From Crocosphaera subtropica ATCC 51142 (GTDB taxonomy: Bacteria > Cyanobacteriota > Cyanobacteriia > Cyanobacteriales > Microcystaceae): a stretch of 32,000 bases of DNA. Below are positions 7,072 to 15,300 of the stretch, piece by piece. The position numbers and the translations under genes are program-made. The stretch's first letter is position 1; every line of letters starts with the position of its first letter. The notes beneath the pieces were generated by a model, which saw only the letters and a list, made by a program, of their open reading frames with translations, ran no database searches and was not told where the DNA came from. The stretch is taken from positions 1 through 32,000 of the forward strand of contig NC_010547.1 in assembly GCF_000017845.1 (NCBI RefSeq), in the 5' to 3' direction.

Positions 7072-9146
7072 CTAGAATGGGCATTTTTGATGCACTCAGA
7101 GGCTTTTTCGGATTCCATCTCTAATACCCAGTTGAGAAAACCAGGAATATACGGCACAAATTCCCCACTGATATTCCCTTGGTTATCGTGCTTAATTAGG
7201 TTCCGTTGATTCTCTTCACTAATTTTTCGTCTCATACCTACGGTAATGCGCCGGCGTTGTAGTCCACTGGTATAGTCAGAGGTTTTGATATGCTCGTTAC
7301 CGGCGATAATCACCAAACAATCGGGTTTAAATCCCCCCGTCGCTTGCTGCATTTTCTTTTCGTAAGGTAAGCTGTCCTCTCCTGTTAAGGCTTTGAGGGT
7401 GGTGACATCCCCTGTATATCTTTCGGCATCGGTGACTAGGACGAGTCTTTTATCCTTGATGTTGGCTGTCTCAAACTTTGAGGTTTCTAACCGTTTTAAG
7501 GTGGTTACGTGACAGTTAGAAAATCCTACTAAGGCGATCGCTAATCTGATTAGGGTACTTTTTCCGGTTCCTCCTGGCCCAATGAGTTCTAAAAATTTCT
7601 GCCAATCGGCACGGCCTGTTACCACCCCATGAAGATAAGCCCTCACTAATTCGACTAAGGACTCATCCCCCTGCATCATTTCGAGTAACCATTGCTTAAT
7701 GGGTTCCCCTGTTGCTAGGGGGTTGTAGTCGTAAGGCAAAGACCAAGTAAAGTAATTGGTGGGACTATGGGGCCATAAATCTCTCGTCTCAATGTCGAGT
7801 ACCCCATTACGGAATGGGATTAATCCTTTATGGGCATTACAAGCCATTTCTGTCACCAATAAGATTCTAGATAGCTTTTTACCTAGTTTTTCGACAAAGT
7901 TAATGGTAATTTCCCTATAAGTGGGCTTTTGTGCCTTTAACTGCTCAATGATGTCTTTTTTCTCTTCCCTGCTTCGATTACTTTCTTTGACGCTCTTAAT
8001 GGCTCCTGCTATTTGACCATTGATTTGCTCAAATTTCTGCTTTAATTCTCTTAGTTCTAATATAATTCTCTTTTCTAGTTGGATTTTACTGATTTTACCC
8101 CATATTCCTTCTTTTTCGGCACTATATAAATGCCATTCTCCCGTGGCATCTTCAAAAATTAGCCTATCTTTGTATAATTCCTCAAAATAAAGGGTCAATC
8201 CCTCTTCATTCCATTTTGGTAACTCATGCTCTAACTTGGTTATTTTGATGGGGTCTGGTTCATTACTCCGATTTTCCCACACCGAACGGAACCATTCTTT
8301 ACCGTTTGAAACGATCGCATCATCGATTCCCTTCTCCAGTGTCTCCCAACTTAGAAATAAAACTTTACAACATTGGTCACGGAAACACGATGCTAATCTT
8401 TCCCTCGCTGCTATGACACTCGCTTGGGTTTTTAACTTCTCGTCCTGGTCAAAGACGATGACAACCTCGCGGCCCGGTTGGGTAAAGTATTGAAGTTGTG
8501 GCAAGAGTACGGGGTTTCCCTCGGAATCTTTGGGTGAACCATTCCATATTCCGGGTATTGATACGGCTGCTATTCCTTGAGACAATAATGCTCCTGCTTT
8601 TTTGGTTCCCTCTACAACGGCGATCGCCACTTCCGGATTCTCCTTCACCCATTTCCAGAATAATTGATCTTTTTGCCGTAGAAATTCTTTATAGGTTATC
8701 CCCTCGGTTAATATCCATTGTTCTCGAATTCTTTCTCGGTATTCTTTTAATAATCCCGACTTCTTGGCGACTTTTAAGCCGATACGTCGAGAAACCTTAA
8801 GACAGATGGCTTCAACCGGTTCATAGGGGGGAACTTCATATTTTCGGGTTTTACCATCGGGGGTAACTTTGGGGTTATTGGGTTTAAGCTGGCCCCAGAG
8901 AATGTCTTCTCCTGTTTCCGGGTCTATGGCGTTGACCCCATATCCACCGTCTTCTAAGTGTACGTTGGCTTTTAGGGTTCTGTTGTTGATTCGTCCATCG
9001 TTCCGTCTGGGTACGTTTTCACTATAGAGTAGGAAGTCAAAGGTGGCGGGACCTATAAGCGATCGCACATTCATTCCTACTATTTCTGGGTCAACTCCTG
9101 AACCATTTACCCACTCGTTGCGGTGCTTTTCATTAATCTTTTTCAT
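7032..9146 (-). CDS. DUF3854 (Toprim-like) plus P-loop NTPase primase/helicase, probable replication protein. It lacks its usual C-terminal region, which sits in the next ORF.
   Basis: N-terminal NEWVNGSGVDPEIV, Toprim-like VVEGTKKAGALLSQGIAAVSIPGIWNG and VIVFDQDEK. Walker A GPGGTGKST and Walker B-like LVLVTDAE. GGAG RBS upstream of ATG 9146. Confidence 0.8.
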   Translation of the reverse strand: MKKINEKHRNEWVNGSGVDPEIVGMNVRSLIGPATFDFLLYSENVPRRNDGRINNRTLKANVHLEDGGYGVNAIDPETGEDILWGQLKPNNPKVTPDGKTRKYEVPPYEPVEAICLKVSRRIGLKVAKKSGLLKEYRERIREQWILTEGITYKEFLRQKDQLFWKWVKENPEVAIAVVEGTKKAGALLSQGIAAVSIPGIWNGSPKDSEGNPVLLPQLQYFTQPGREVVIVFDQDEKLKTQASVIAARERLASCFRDQCCKVLFLSWETLEKGIDDAIVSNGKEWFRSVWENRSNEPDPIKITKLEHELPKWNEEGLTLYFEELYKDRLIFEDATGEWHLYSAEKEGIWGKISKIQLEKRIILELRELKQKFEQINGQIAGAIKSVKESNRSREEKKDIIEQLKAQKPTYREITINFVEKLGKKLSRILLVTEMACNAHKGLIPFRNGVLDIETRDLWPHSPTNYFTWSLPYDYNPLATGEPIKQWLLEMMQGDESLVELVRAYLHGVVTGRADWQKFLELIGPGGTGKSTLIRLAIALVGFSNCHVTTLKRLETSKFETANIKDKRLVLVTDAERYTGDVTTLKALTGEDSLPYEKKMQQATGGFKPDCLVIIAGNEHIKTSDYTSGLQRRRITVGMRRKISEENQRNLIKHDNQGNISGEFVPYIPGFLNWVLEMESEKASECIKNAHSRCVKLTLQRISQW

Positions 9147-9214
9147 TTTGGACTCCAGTTTTTGTAATGTGCTGGAGATGCCCTACGGTAATGACCACTT
9201 GGATTATTCAGGCT

Positions 9215-9243
9215 TTGAGAACTAAAATAAAAATGTATATAAC
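9215..9243 (+). promoter_or_regulatory. Predicted plus-strand promoter firing into the ORF-free region, divergent from the primase gene
   Basis: TTGAGA 9215-9220, 17-nt spacer, TATAAC 9238-9243. Confidence 0.4.
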
Positions 9244-9727
9244 TTTGTAGCTGGTGCAATGTTCGTCACCAGTTCTTGTTCTGTCAGCTTTCAAAAGCAG
9301 CAGTCATAAGGACAGAGCATCACCAGTCTTTCCTATTTCGACTTAATTAAATATCCAAACAAGTCTATGCTCTGTAAGAAAAGCATAGTTATTTGTGAAT
9401 GGTAATTGGATACTTTGTCTCCTTGGTTATCGGGATGGGCAAATTTCGGGTGCATTCTCCTACTCCTTTTTGGTGGTTTAACAGCCCAAAAGGATGAGTA
9501 ATAATAAGAGAAGAAAGTCTATTTAACCAGAGTTAAGATTTATTACCATTATCTCTGTGATTTAGCCATGATGATCAATTTTTGACACAAGGGTTGTGTA
9601 TACCGCAAAGATTCTTTATGATAGAGTCATTACGGCTATTGTCGTGGCTAAAAATTTAATCTCTTTCTTATCTCATAACTACCTCCTTTTGGTTAGTGCA
9701 GAGATTTTCCAGAAAGAACCTTCTATG

Positions 9728-9774
9728 TGAAACGTCGAGTGCATTCCCCAATGAGTCGGCGTTTCAGGCTTTTT
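9728..9774 (+). terminator. Plus-strand intrinsic-terminator-like hairpin in the ORF-free region
   Basis: TGAAACGTCGA 9728-9738 pairs with TCGGCGTTTCA 9756-9766 (11 bp including one G-T wobble, 17-nt loop). Followed by GGC and T5 at 9770-9774. Confidence 0.45.
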
Positions 9775-10010
9775 AGAAGATTCTTTACTTGAATAATATC
9801 TGCTATACATTAACGATCCTATTTTTAGGAATACCTCAAATATAGATCAAATCCCTACTACAAACAAGTCAAAGGGCGAAGATGGGGATATCTAAGCATT
9901 GGACTTTTACACTGAATCGGAGATTTTTGGCTGGTCAAAGTTAATGCGACCACCAAAGTTAATAAGTATTTTCTTTCTTCCCAGTAAACAATAACGATTA
10001 TTAGAGCAGT

Positions 10011-10286
10011 TTAGCTCTGAGGTTCGACATTTTCTTCCGGGTCAGGAATAAAAACTAATAAATCTCCGGGTTGACATTTGAGAGCTTGACAATACTTGTA
10101 CAGGGTTGTGTCTTCAAGACGACTTGGCATGACTCGCATATTTTTATGCTTACTAACTGTTTTCTCATGGAAGCCAGTTAATTGTGCTAACTCTTTATAA
10201 TCAATTTCTCGATCTGCCATTAGCACCGCAAGTCGCCATTTTATCGGCATAAACAACCCCATCTGTACCTGATTACTGGACATCAT
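10011..10286 (-). CDS. XRE/Cro-CI family helix-turn-helix transcriptional regulator
   Basis: WRLAVLMADREIDYKELAQLTGFHEKTVSKHKN...YKYCQALKCQPGDLLVF is typical of short Cro/CI HTH proteins. The true start may be an internal Met. Confidence 0.75.
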   Translation of the reverse strand: MMSSNQVQMGLFMPIKWRLAVLMADREIDYKELAQLTGFHEKTVSKHKNMRVMPSRLEDTTLYKYCQALKCQPGDLLVFIPDPEENVEPQS

Positions 10287-10353
10287 TGTACATTGGGTTA
10301 TTAATGAATTTTAGAGTCCTTGCGACGGACACATCCATTATAGCAGTTGATGA

Positions 10354-10408
10354 AGTAAGCGCAACCCTTGACACTATCCATCGCTACGGTTAAAATAGTA
10401 AGCGTAAC
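10354..10408 (+). promoter_or_regulatory. Consensus promoter flanked by a 12-nt direct repeat (candidate operator pair), divergent from the XRE gene
   Basis: TTGACA 10368-10373, 17-nt spacer, TAAAAT 10391-10396. AGTAAGCGCAAC 10354-10365 and AGTAAGCGTAAC 10397-10408 bracket it. Confidence 0.55.
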
Positions 10409-10495
10409 GAAGGAAACAAAACTTTTTTTTGAAGTCCAGAGTGAACTGGTTGAACAAACACCAAAAAAAAGACGTTTTTCTTCACAACAAAACGA

Positions 10496-10532
10496 AAAAG
10501 AGCGCAAGAAACTCAAATTTCTCGGCTCTTTT
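10496..10532 (+). other. Stem-loop in the ~150-nt 5' leader, just upstream of ATG 10557
   Basis: AAAAGAGC 10496-10503 pairs with GCTCTTTT 10525-10532. An inner AGAAA/TTTCT helix adds to it. Confidence 0.4.
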
Positions 10533-10556
10533 GAACAATATTATTCTATTTTCATC

Positions 10557-10964
10557 ATGACACAATTCATTAATAACCAAACATCCCAGGCGTTGCAACC
10601 ATGCGCTACTTGCTCTAATTGCCCCATGTTCACCGATTTCCGAGACATCCGCAGTCGAGGATGGTGCAGTGCTTTTGAGAGAGTTAGCCGAACTTTCCAC
10701 CCCCAAACTAATATTTGTCAGCAGGCCATCAAACGGCACACCGAACAAGAACCTATCCAGGTTGCTGTCACCTTGTGTACCCATGAATTAGAAATTGACC
10801 CGGATGATGGTCATAGTTATCCCAAGGAAGAGCGAGTTATCAGCTTTGCTGTGACTGAAGTGAGTAGAAAAGCGGTATTAGAAGCTTTTGAGCCTCATAA
10901 AGACCAATTTCAGGGCTTTTATATCCTAGATTTCCATCGATTTTACCCCGATGCGGAATTTTAA
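10557..10964 (+). CDS. Hypothetical Cys-rich protein (135 aa)
   Basis: The ORF-track start (10368) coincides with the -35 box, so the first Met downstream of the predicted TSS (10557) is used. CATCSNCP...WC motif; no domain recognised. Confidence 0.5.
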   Translation: MTQFINNQTSQALQPCATCSNCPMFTDFRDIRSRGWCSAFERVSRTFHPQTNICQQAIKRHTEQEPIQVAVTLCTHELEIDPDDGHSYPKEERVISFAVTEVSRKAVLEAFEPHKDQFQGFYILDFHRFYPDAEF

Positions 10965-11065
10965 ACCATAAGGGGGGTTCATCCCTCCCTAATCTTTCTT
11001 ATCTTATCTCCTCACACCACAATCAACGCTACACGACGAAAAACAAAGAATAACGAGGATTTTCC

Positions 11066-11974
11066 ATGACTAACACTGATTTTCTCAAAGAATTCGACGA
11101 CGACATCACAGTATCCGAGTCCATTCCCTATTGCCAGATCACCAATCCCGACAACTTATCCTTATCCCAAATCAAACAATTTAACATCCCGTGGGGGGTT
11201 TTCATTCCCACCGACCAAGCAGAATTAGTCGATTTGACCGTTCCTGACGATTTTACCCCGACTCATCTAACCTTTGACCAAGATAAGCCCACAGAGCGAC
11301 ACATTGACGGGTTCTTAGCTCAACATATTCGTTTTTCATTAATTCATCGTTCTAGTATTGAAGTTCAAGAAAAGGGAGCTAATGGTTGGCAGTATCTTGG
11401 AGAAGCTTATAAAAAGGGGAAAATCACTAAATATGGCGAGTTGGCTAGTAAAGACAGAGAATCTTATCGGTTAAGAACAAGATATCTAATTTTGTTCCTT
11501 GACGAGAATAATGAACCCTTACACCGCGTACCCTTACGGTTAGGACTTGGTGCCGGTACAGGGGGAAGTCTCGGTGAGGAGGTTAAGGTCTTTCGAGGGG
11601 AAATCGAACGAGTTTTCTTTAAGCTTCGACAACAACCTCAAAAAGCTTTAAGCGACAAAGCCCATGCTTTGACTGTCCTCGATATTCAGCTAGGGGTTCA
11701 TAAGGGCGATGGTAAAGCCCCCTTTGTCTGTCCTTCGGTGAGACTTGCACCGGCTATTGACCAAGTTGGCAAAGAAAAAGTCGCTGATAGAAAAGGCGAT
11801 CGCAAAGTTAAACTTGTCGGTACTCCCATTCAAGACTTGATGTTACCTAAATCGTCCCAGACAGGGCAACTAATTTTATCTTTGTGGGATGAATATCAGG
11901 ACTTTCCTACCAAATACCAAGACGATACTAACGGTTATTCCGAGCAAGAAACCGAGGAGGATTACGATTTTTAA
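11066..11974 (+). CDS. Hypothetical protein (302 aa) with acidic C-terminal tail ending in Phe
   Basis: ORF with a GAGGA-like RBS. The C-terminus SEQETEEDYDF resembles SSB-type acidic tails. No domain recognised. Confidence 0.6.
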   Translation: MTNTDFLKEFDDDITVSESIPYCQITNPDNLSLSQIKQFNIPWGVFIPTDQAELVDLTVPDDFTPTHLTFDQDKPTERHIDGFLAQHIRFSLIHRSSIEVQEKGANGWQYLGEAYKKGKITKYGELASKDRESYRLRTRYLILFLDENNEPLHRVPLRLGLGAGTGGSLGEEVKVFRGEIERVFFKLRQQPQKALSDKAHALTVLDIQLGVHKGDGKAPFVCPSVRLAPAIDQVGKEKVADRKGDRKVKLVGTPIQDLMLPKSSQTGQLILSLWDEYQDFPTKYQDDTNGYSEQETEEDYDF

Positions 11975-12121
11975 TTGATTATTTAGGGGGTTAATCTATC
12001 CCCTAATTACCCATACTAAGTAAGTCTTAATTAATCTTGAATTTAATAGTTTTAGATTAGAAAATAGATTATAATAAACTTAACTTAAAGTTAGTTTTAA
12101 AATCAAAATTAAGAGGTTATC

Positions 12122-12433
12122 ATGATTCCTATTGACGGAAAAATAGTTAATATTTTACCAGGTTCCAATGGACGTGGATTACAGTTTAAACAACAAACTC
12201 ATTTCGAGATCATTATCTCAGATTTTCCCAAAGACAAAGAAGTTACAAAAGAATTGATAATAGAAATTTATCATGGTCTTCAAGACCTACGGGACGCAGG
12301 TGCAGAATCAATTCATGTTTACAAACCACATCCTGTAAGTAAATATAGAACAGGTGATACTATCTGTTGGTTAGCTCCTAAATGTTGTAGCTTTTATTTC
12401 GGAAAAGATGAAATAGCTTTCAATATTGAATAA
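12122..12433 (+). CDS. Hypothetical protein (103 aa)
   Basis: ORF with AAGAGG RBS 7 nt upstream. Confidence 0.5.
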   Translation: MIPIDGKIVNILPGSNGRGLQFKQQTHFEIIISDFPKDKEVTKELIIEIYHGLQDLRDAGAESIHVYKPHPVSKYRTGDTICWLAPKCCSFYFGKDEIAFNIE

Positions 12434-12459
12434 ATAATAGAATAATAGAAATAAATATT

Positions 12460-12684
12460 ATGGAATGGATTACACAATACCCTGACGAAGTAGAGTTATC
12501 TGATGAATTTATCGACACTTATCGAGGGTGGGGAATTTATCTCTGTATTCCTAATGGTGGCATTTTAGCTGTAAGTGTTAGTAATGGTATCGATGCTTAT
12601 GCTTACTCTAGTTATCCATCTGAAATTGATAAATGTTGTGACTTTGATTCAAGGGATCATTTATCAATCGACTCTCGAAATTAG
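12460..12684 (+). CDS. Hypothetical protein (74 aa), possibly the 5' part of a frameshifted gene
   Basis: ORF. It overlaps the next ORF by 110 nt in a different frame. Confidence 0.35.
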   Translation: MEWITQYPDEVELSDEFIDTYRGWGIYLCIPNGGILAVSVSNGIDAYAYSSYPSEIDKCCDFDSRDHLSIDSRN

Positions 12685-13090
12685 TGGCGGAGAAATTCGT
12701 AGAGGTGATTTTAATTTCTTCAATTACCCAGAGGGCTTTTATCCTCAAGAAGATGAAAAAATTAAAGAACAAATTTTTAGTCAAAAAATTAGTGATTTAA
12801 TTATAAAAATGTTATTGTTTCTACAAATTCACCCAGAAGTATTAAAAACTTTAATAGGACAAGATTCTTCTCTATCTCATCATCCTAGAAAAAGGACAAA
12901 TACCAAATTGTCTCCTCGATGGATTAAGAATCCCTCGGAAACTATCACTGTAAAACGAGCTTCTACCGGTTCCCATACTTCGCCCAAAACTCATTTTAGA
13001 AGAGGTCACATGAGACGAGTTGCTGTCGGGGAAGGTCGATGCGATCGCAAATGGGTCTGGATTCAACCTACTATTGTTAATGAAAAGTAA
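12575..13090 (+). CDS. Hypothetical protein with basic C-terminus; start uncertain (next in-frame ATG is 12809)
   Basis: The C-terminal half (PKTHFRRGHMRRVAVGEGRCDRKWVWIQPTIVN) looks protein-like. The first ~35 codons look like out-of-frame translation of the previous ORF. Confidence 0.4.
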   Translation: MLVMVSMLMLTLVIHLKLINVVTLIQGIIYQSTLEISGGEIRRGDFNFFNYPEGFYPQEDEKIKEQIFSQKISDLIIKMLLFLQIHPEVLKTLIGQDSSLSHHPRKRTNTKLSPRWIKNPSETITVKRASTGSHTSPKTHFRRGHMRRVAVGEGRCDRKWVWIQPTIVNEK

Positions 13091-13138
13091 CTATTAATTA
13101 TTTAGTTGGTAAAATTAACCCAAAGGAGAAATTATCTT

Positions 13139-13426
13139 ATGAAACTACTTAAAGTATCTGTTCCTAACTTCCGTAACCTTAAGAATGTAGAGTTAACTTT
13201 TGAACCTAGTTTGAAACCATCTGTTTTTCCTATTGGTAGTTTAAATGGTGGAAGTAAAACCACTTTACTTAAACTGCTCTTTTTGCTCTTATCTCATTAC
13301 AAAGATTCTGAAGCTACGCAATTTTTACTCTCTTTTTTAGGTAATTATAAACCGAATCGTTTAATTGCCAGAATAGAAATTTTACATGAATCTAGACTGA
13401 TTCTTTTAGAATATCGTCTTAACTAA
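13139..13426 (+). pseudogene. N-terminal fragment of an SMC/RecF/OLD-type AAA ATPase (95 aa only, degenerate Walker A)
   Basis: MKLLKVSVPNFRNLKNVELTF...IGSLNGGSKTTLLKLL matches the N-termini of AAA_15/21/23-type ATPases. The usual GxNGSGKT reads LNGGSKT, and the ORF stops after 95 codons. AGGAG RBS upstream of ATG 13139. Confidence 0.55.
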
Positions 13427-13703
13427 TAATAACTCCTTTTGCTTCTAAACGACGACGTTCTTCAAGTGCTTCAGATTGAAGAAGCTCTTGGTGAGTTTGA
13501 CAATATTCTATAATTTCGTGGATAGCTTCTAAAGGGAAGTCCCAATTATAGAGGGCATCAGCCTCACTCATTTCATTAACAATCATATCTGAATAGATCA
13601 CAGACGCTTTGATTCTTGTTCCTTTAAGATAAAGTTGCTTTCGCCAAGAATTCGGACTGGGTTCAAGATATTTCCAGTTTGTTTTTGCTGGCTGATTCGT
13701 CAT
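13419..13703 (-). CDS. DUF433-like small protein (antitoxin-type fold), no partner gene visible
   Basis: YLKGTRIKASVIYSDMIVNEMSEADALYNWDFPLEAIHEIIEY resembles the DUF433 core (GTRI...). Its 3' end overlaps the AAA fragment by 8 nt. Confidence 0.45.
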   Translation of the reverse strand: MTNQPAKTNWKYLEPSPNSWRKQLYLKGTRIKASVIYSDMIVNEMSEADALYNWDFPLEAIHEIIEYCQTHQELLQSEALEERRRLEAKGVIIS

Positions 13704-13862
13704 ATTTCTTAACTCAAATTACCATCGACTCTGTTATTATAGCAAAAGGAATAACCAGCAATATAAATATTATCTAGATAGTTCATTTTTAATCGATCAG
13801 TTATCTTAATTGTTTTAACTTCAATTAATTATATTTATCTATAAATAAGTAGTATAACCCCC

Positions 13863-13891
13863 TTGACTTTTTGAGAGATAAAGGATATTAT
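13863..13891 (+). promoter_or_regulatory. Consensus promoter now separated from its operon by the ISAs1 insertion
   Basis: TTGACT 13863-13868, 17-nt spacer, TATTAT 13886-13891. Confidence 0.5.
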
Positions 13892-13943
13892 GTAATCAAT
13901 CAGTTGCACTCCAATAACTGAAAGCGACTCGCTACAGACTTCA

Positions 13944-15300
13944 GGGTAAGCTCATCTAAAATCCGCTTGACAGAAGGAATTGAGAACAGTCATCATATAG
14001 TTGTTGTTCATAGCAGCTTGCTTCATTTTCTGGCGAAGACTACGTTTAAATGTTTTTTCTTGATGGAGAACATTAAGAGCCAATCGTCTTAGAAGAGCAA
14101 AGTTCTGTGGACTATATTCTGACCGAATACGGCATTGATCTTCAGAAAAAGTGACATCGAGTGTCCAATGAAGGTTATTCTCAATGCTCCAATGGGTGCG
14201 GATCGCATGGCAAAGGAATTGGGCATTGGGAGGTAAAGAGGTCAGATAAAACTGAATATCGTGGGTAGTCTTGTTCCACAAGTGACGGATGCGTTCGACT
14301 ACGACAATAGTTTGCAGTCCATGCCATTGTTGTTGCTGGTAAAGCTCTCCCATAGCTGCTACTGGTATAGCCCAAACGTATCGTTTCTCGGTGCGGTGGT
14401 GGCCCTTGGTTACACTTTTGTAGTAATCATGTTCAATGCCATCCCAGCCATTGTTTTGGGTATCAGTAAACCATTGCTTGACTTGAGAAAATAAAGTAGG
14501 ATGGTTAGCTTTGAGAGTAACAATGTAGTCAGCTTTTTGCCGACAAATTTGTTGGATAATGCTGGTTTGAGTTCCCATTGCATCAATGGTAATGATCGAG
14601 CCTGTAATGTCTAATAGTTCGAGTAAGGCAGGAATGGCCGTAATTTCATTGGAGTAGTTTTCAACTTTGACTTGTCCTAACACCAGACTCTGCTGGGATG
14701 CCCACGCTGTGACCGTATGTAAAGCGCACTGTCCGGCGTTGCGATCGTAAGAACCCCTTAATGTTTTGCCATCGATGGGGATAATTTCTCCTTGAATTGA
14801 ATTCATTATAGATTGAACCCATTTTTGTAGGCATTTTTGCAGCGATTCTGGATCAATTCTCTCAAAAACTCTTCTAAATGTGTCATCACTCGGGATTCCG
14901 TGAGGGAGTTCTAGAAACTCTGATAACCACTCCTGTTTTGCGATACCATAGTTCTCCATATCTTCCCAACCTTGGGAGCCTGCAATGACTGCCAATATAG
15001 CGATCGCCAATACATCTTTAAGGAGGTGTTTTTTGCTTCTTTGTACTCTAGGATCTTCTATTTCTTTGACATAGCCTAATAAATTGTTTTGGATTTCATC
15101 AATAGATGCTATATTTCCCTTTTCCTTTTTTTTCTTACTAGATTGTTTTTGGTCTGCAAACCCCTTGGCCATGTTCTGATTCCATAATTACGAAAGTCCT
15201 AATTGTACTTTGTTTTTTTATTTTAAGTCCCTTTTTGCCTCACCTAGACTTTACTTTCTTAGTCAAGTACATTTTATACCATTTTAGATGAGCTTACCCT
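13944..15300 (-). mobile_element. ISAs1-family insertion sequence, apparently intact, with target-site duplication
   Basis: Terminal inverted repeats GGGTAAGCTCATCTAAAAT 13944-13962 and ATTTTAGATGAGCTTACCC 15281-15299. Flanking perfect 13-bp direct repeat GCTACAGACTTCA at 13931-13943 and 15301-15313. Confidence 0.9.
13952..15172 (-). CDS. ISAs1 family transposase (H-repeat-associated type)
   Basis: N-terminal IEDPRVQRSKKHLLKDVLAIAILAVIAGSQGWEDMENYG, DDE core (ITIDAMGTQ...) and C-terminal IRTHWSIENNLHWTLDVTFSEDQCRIR are diagnostic. Confidence 0.9.
   Translation of the reverse strand: MAKGFADQKQSSKKKKEKGNIASIDEIQNNLLGYVKEIEDPRVQRSKKHLLKDVLAIAILAVIAGSQGWEDMENYGIAKQEWLSEFLELPHGIPSDDTFRRVFERIDPESLQKCLQKWVQSIMNSIQGEIIPIDGKTLRGSYDRNAGQCALHTVTAWASQQSLVLGQVKVENYSNEITAIPALLELLDITGSIITIDAMGTQTSIIQQICRQKADYIVTLKANHPTLFSQVKQWFTDTQNNGWDGIEHDYYKSVTKGHHRTEKRYVWAIPVAAMGELYQQQQWHGLQTIVVVERIRHLWNKTTHDIQFYLTSLPPNAQFLCHAIRTHWSIENNLHWTLDVTFSEDQCRIRSEYSPQNFALLRRLALNVLHQEKTFKRSLRQKMKQAAMNNNYMMTVLNSFCQADFR

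Noticed and set aside
7032-7074. Programmed ribosomal frameshift joining the two primase ORFs.
   Set aside because: No X-XXY-YYZ slippery heptamer, homopolymer run or obvious downstream stimulatory structure is visible in the 43-nt window where the shift must occur. A mutation or sequencing error is the simpler explanation.
10368-10556. N-terminal 63 codons of ORF 10368-10964.
   Set aside because: The ATG at 10368 coincides with the -35 box of the strongest promoter in the region, whose predicted TSS is near 10403. The segment also contains homopolymer runs and a leader hairpin. The first Met downstream, at 10557, is used instead.
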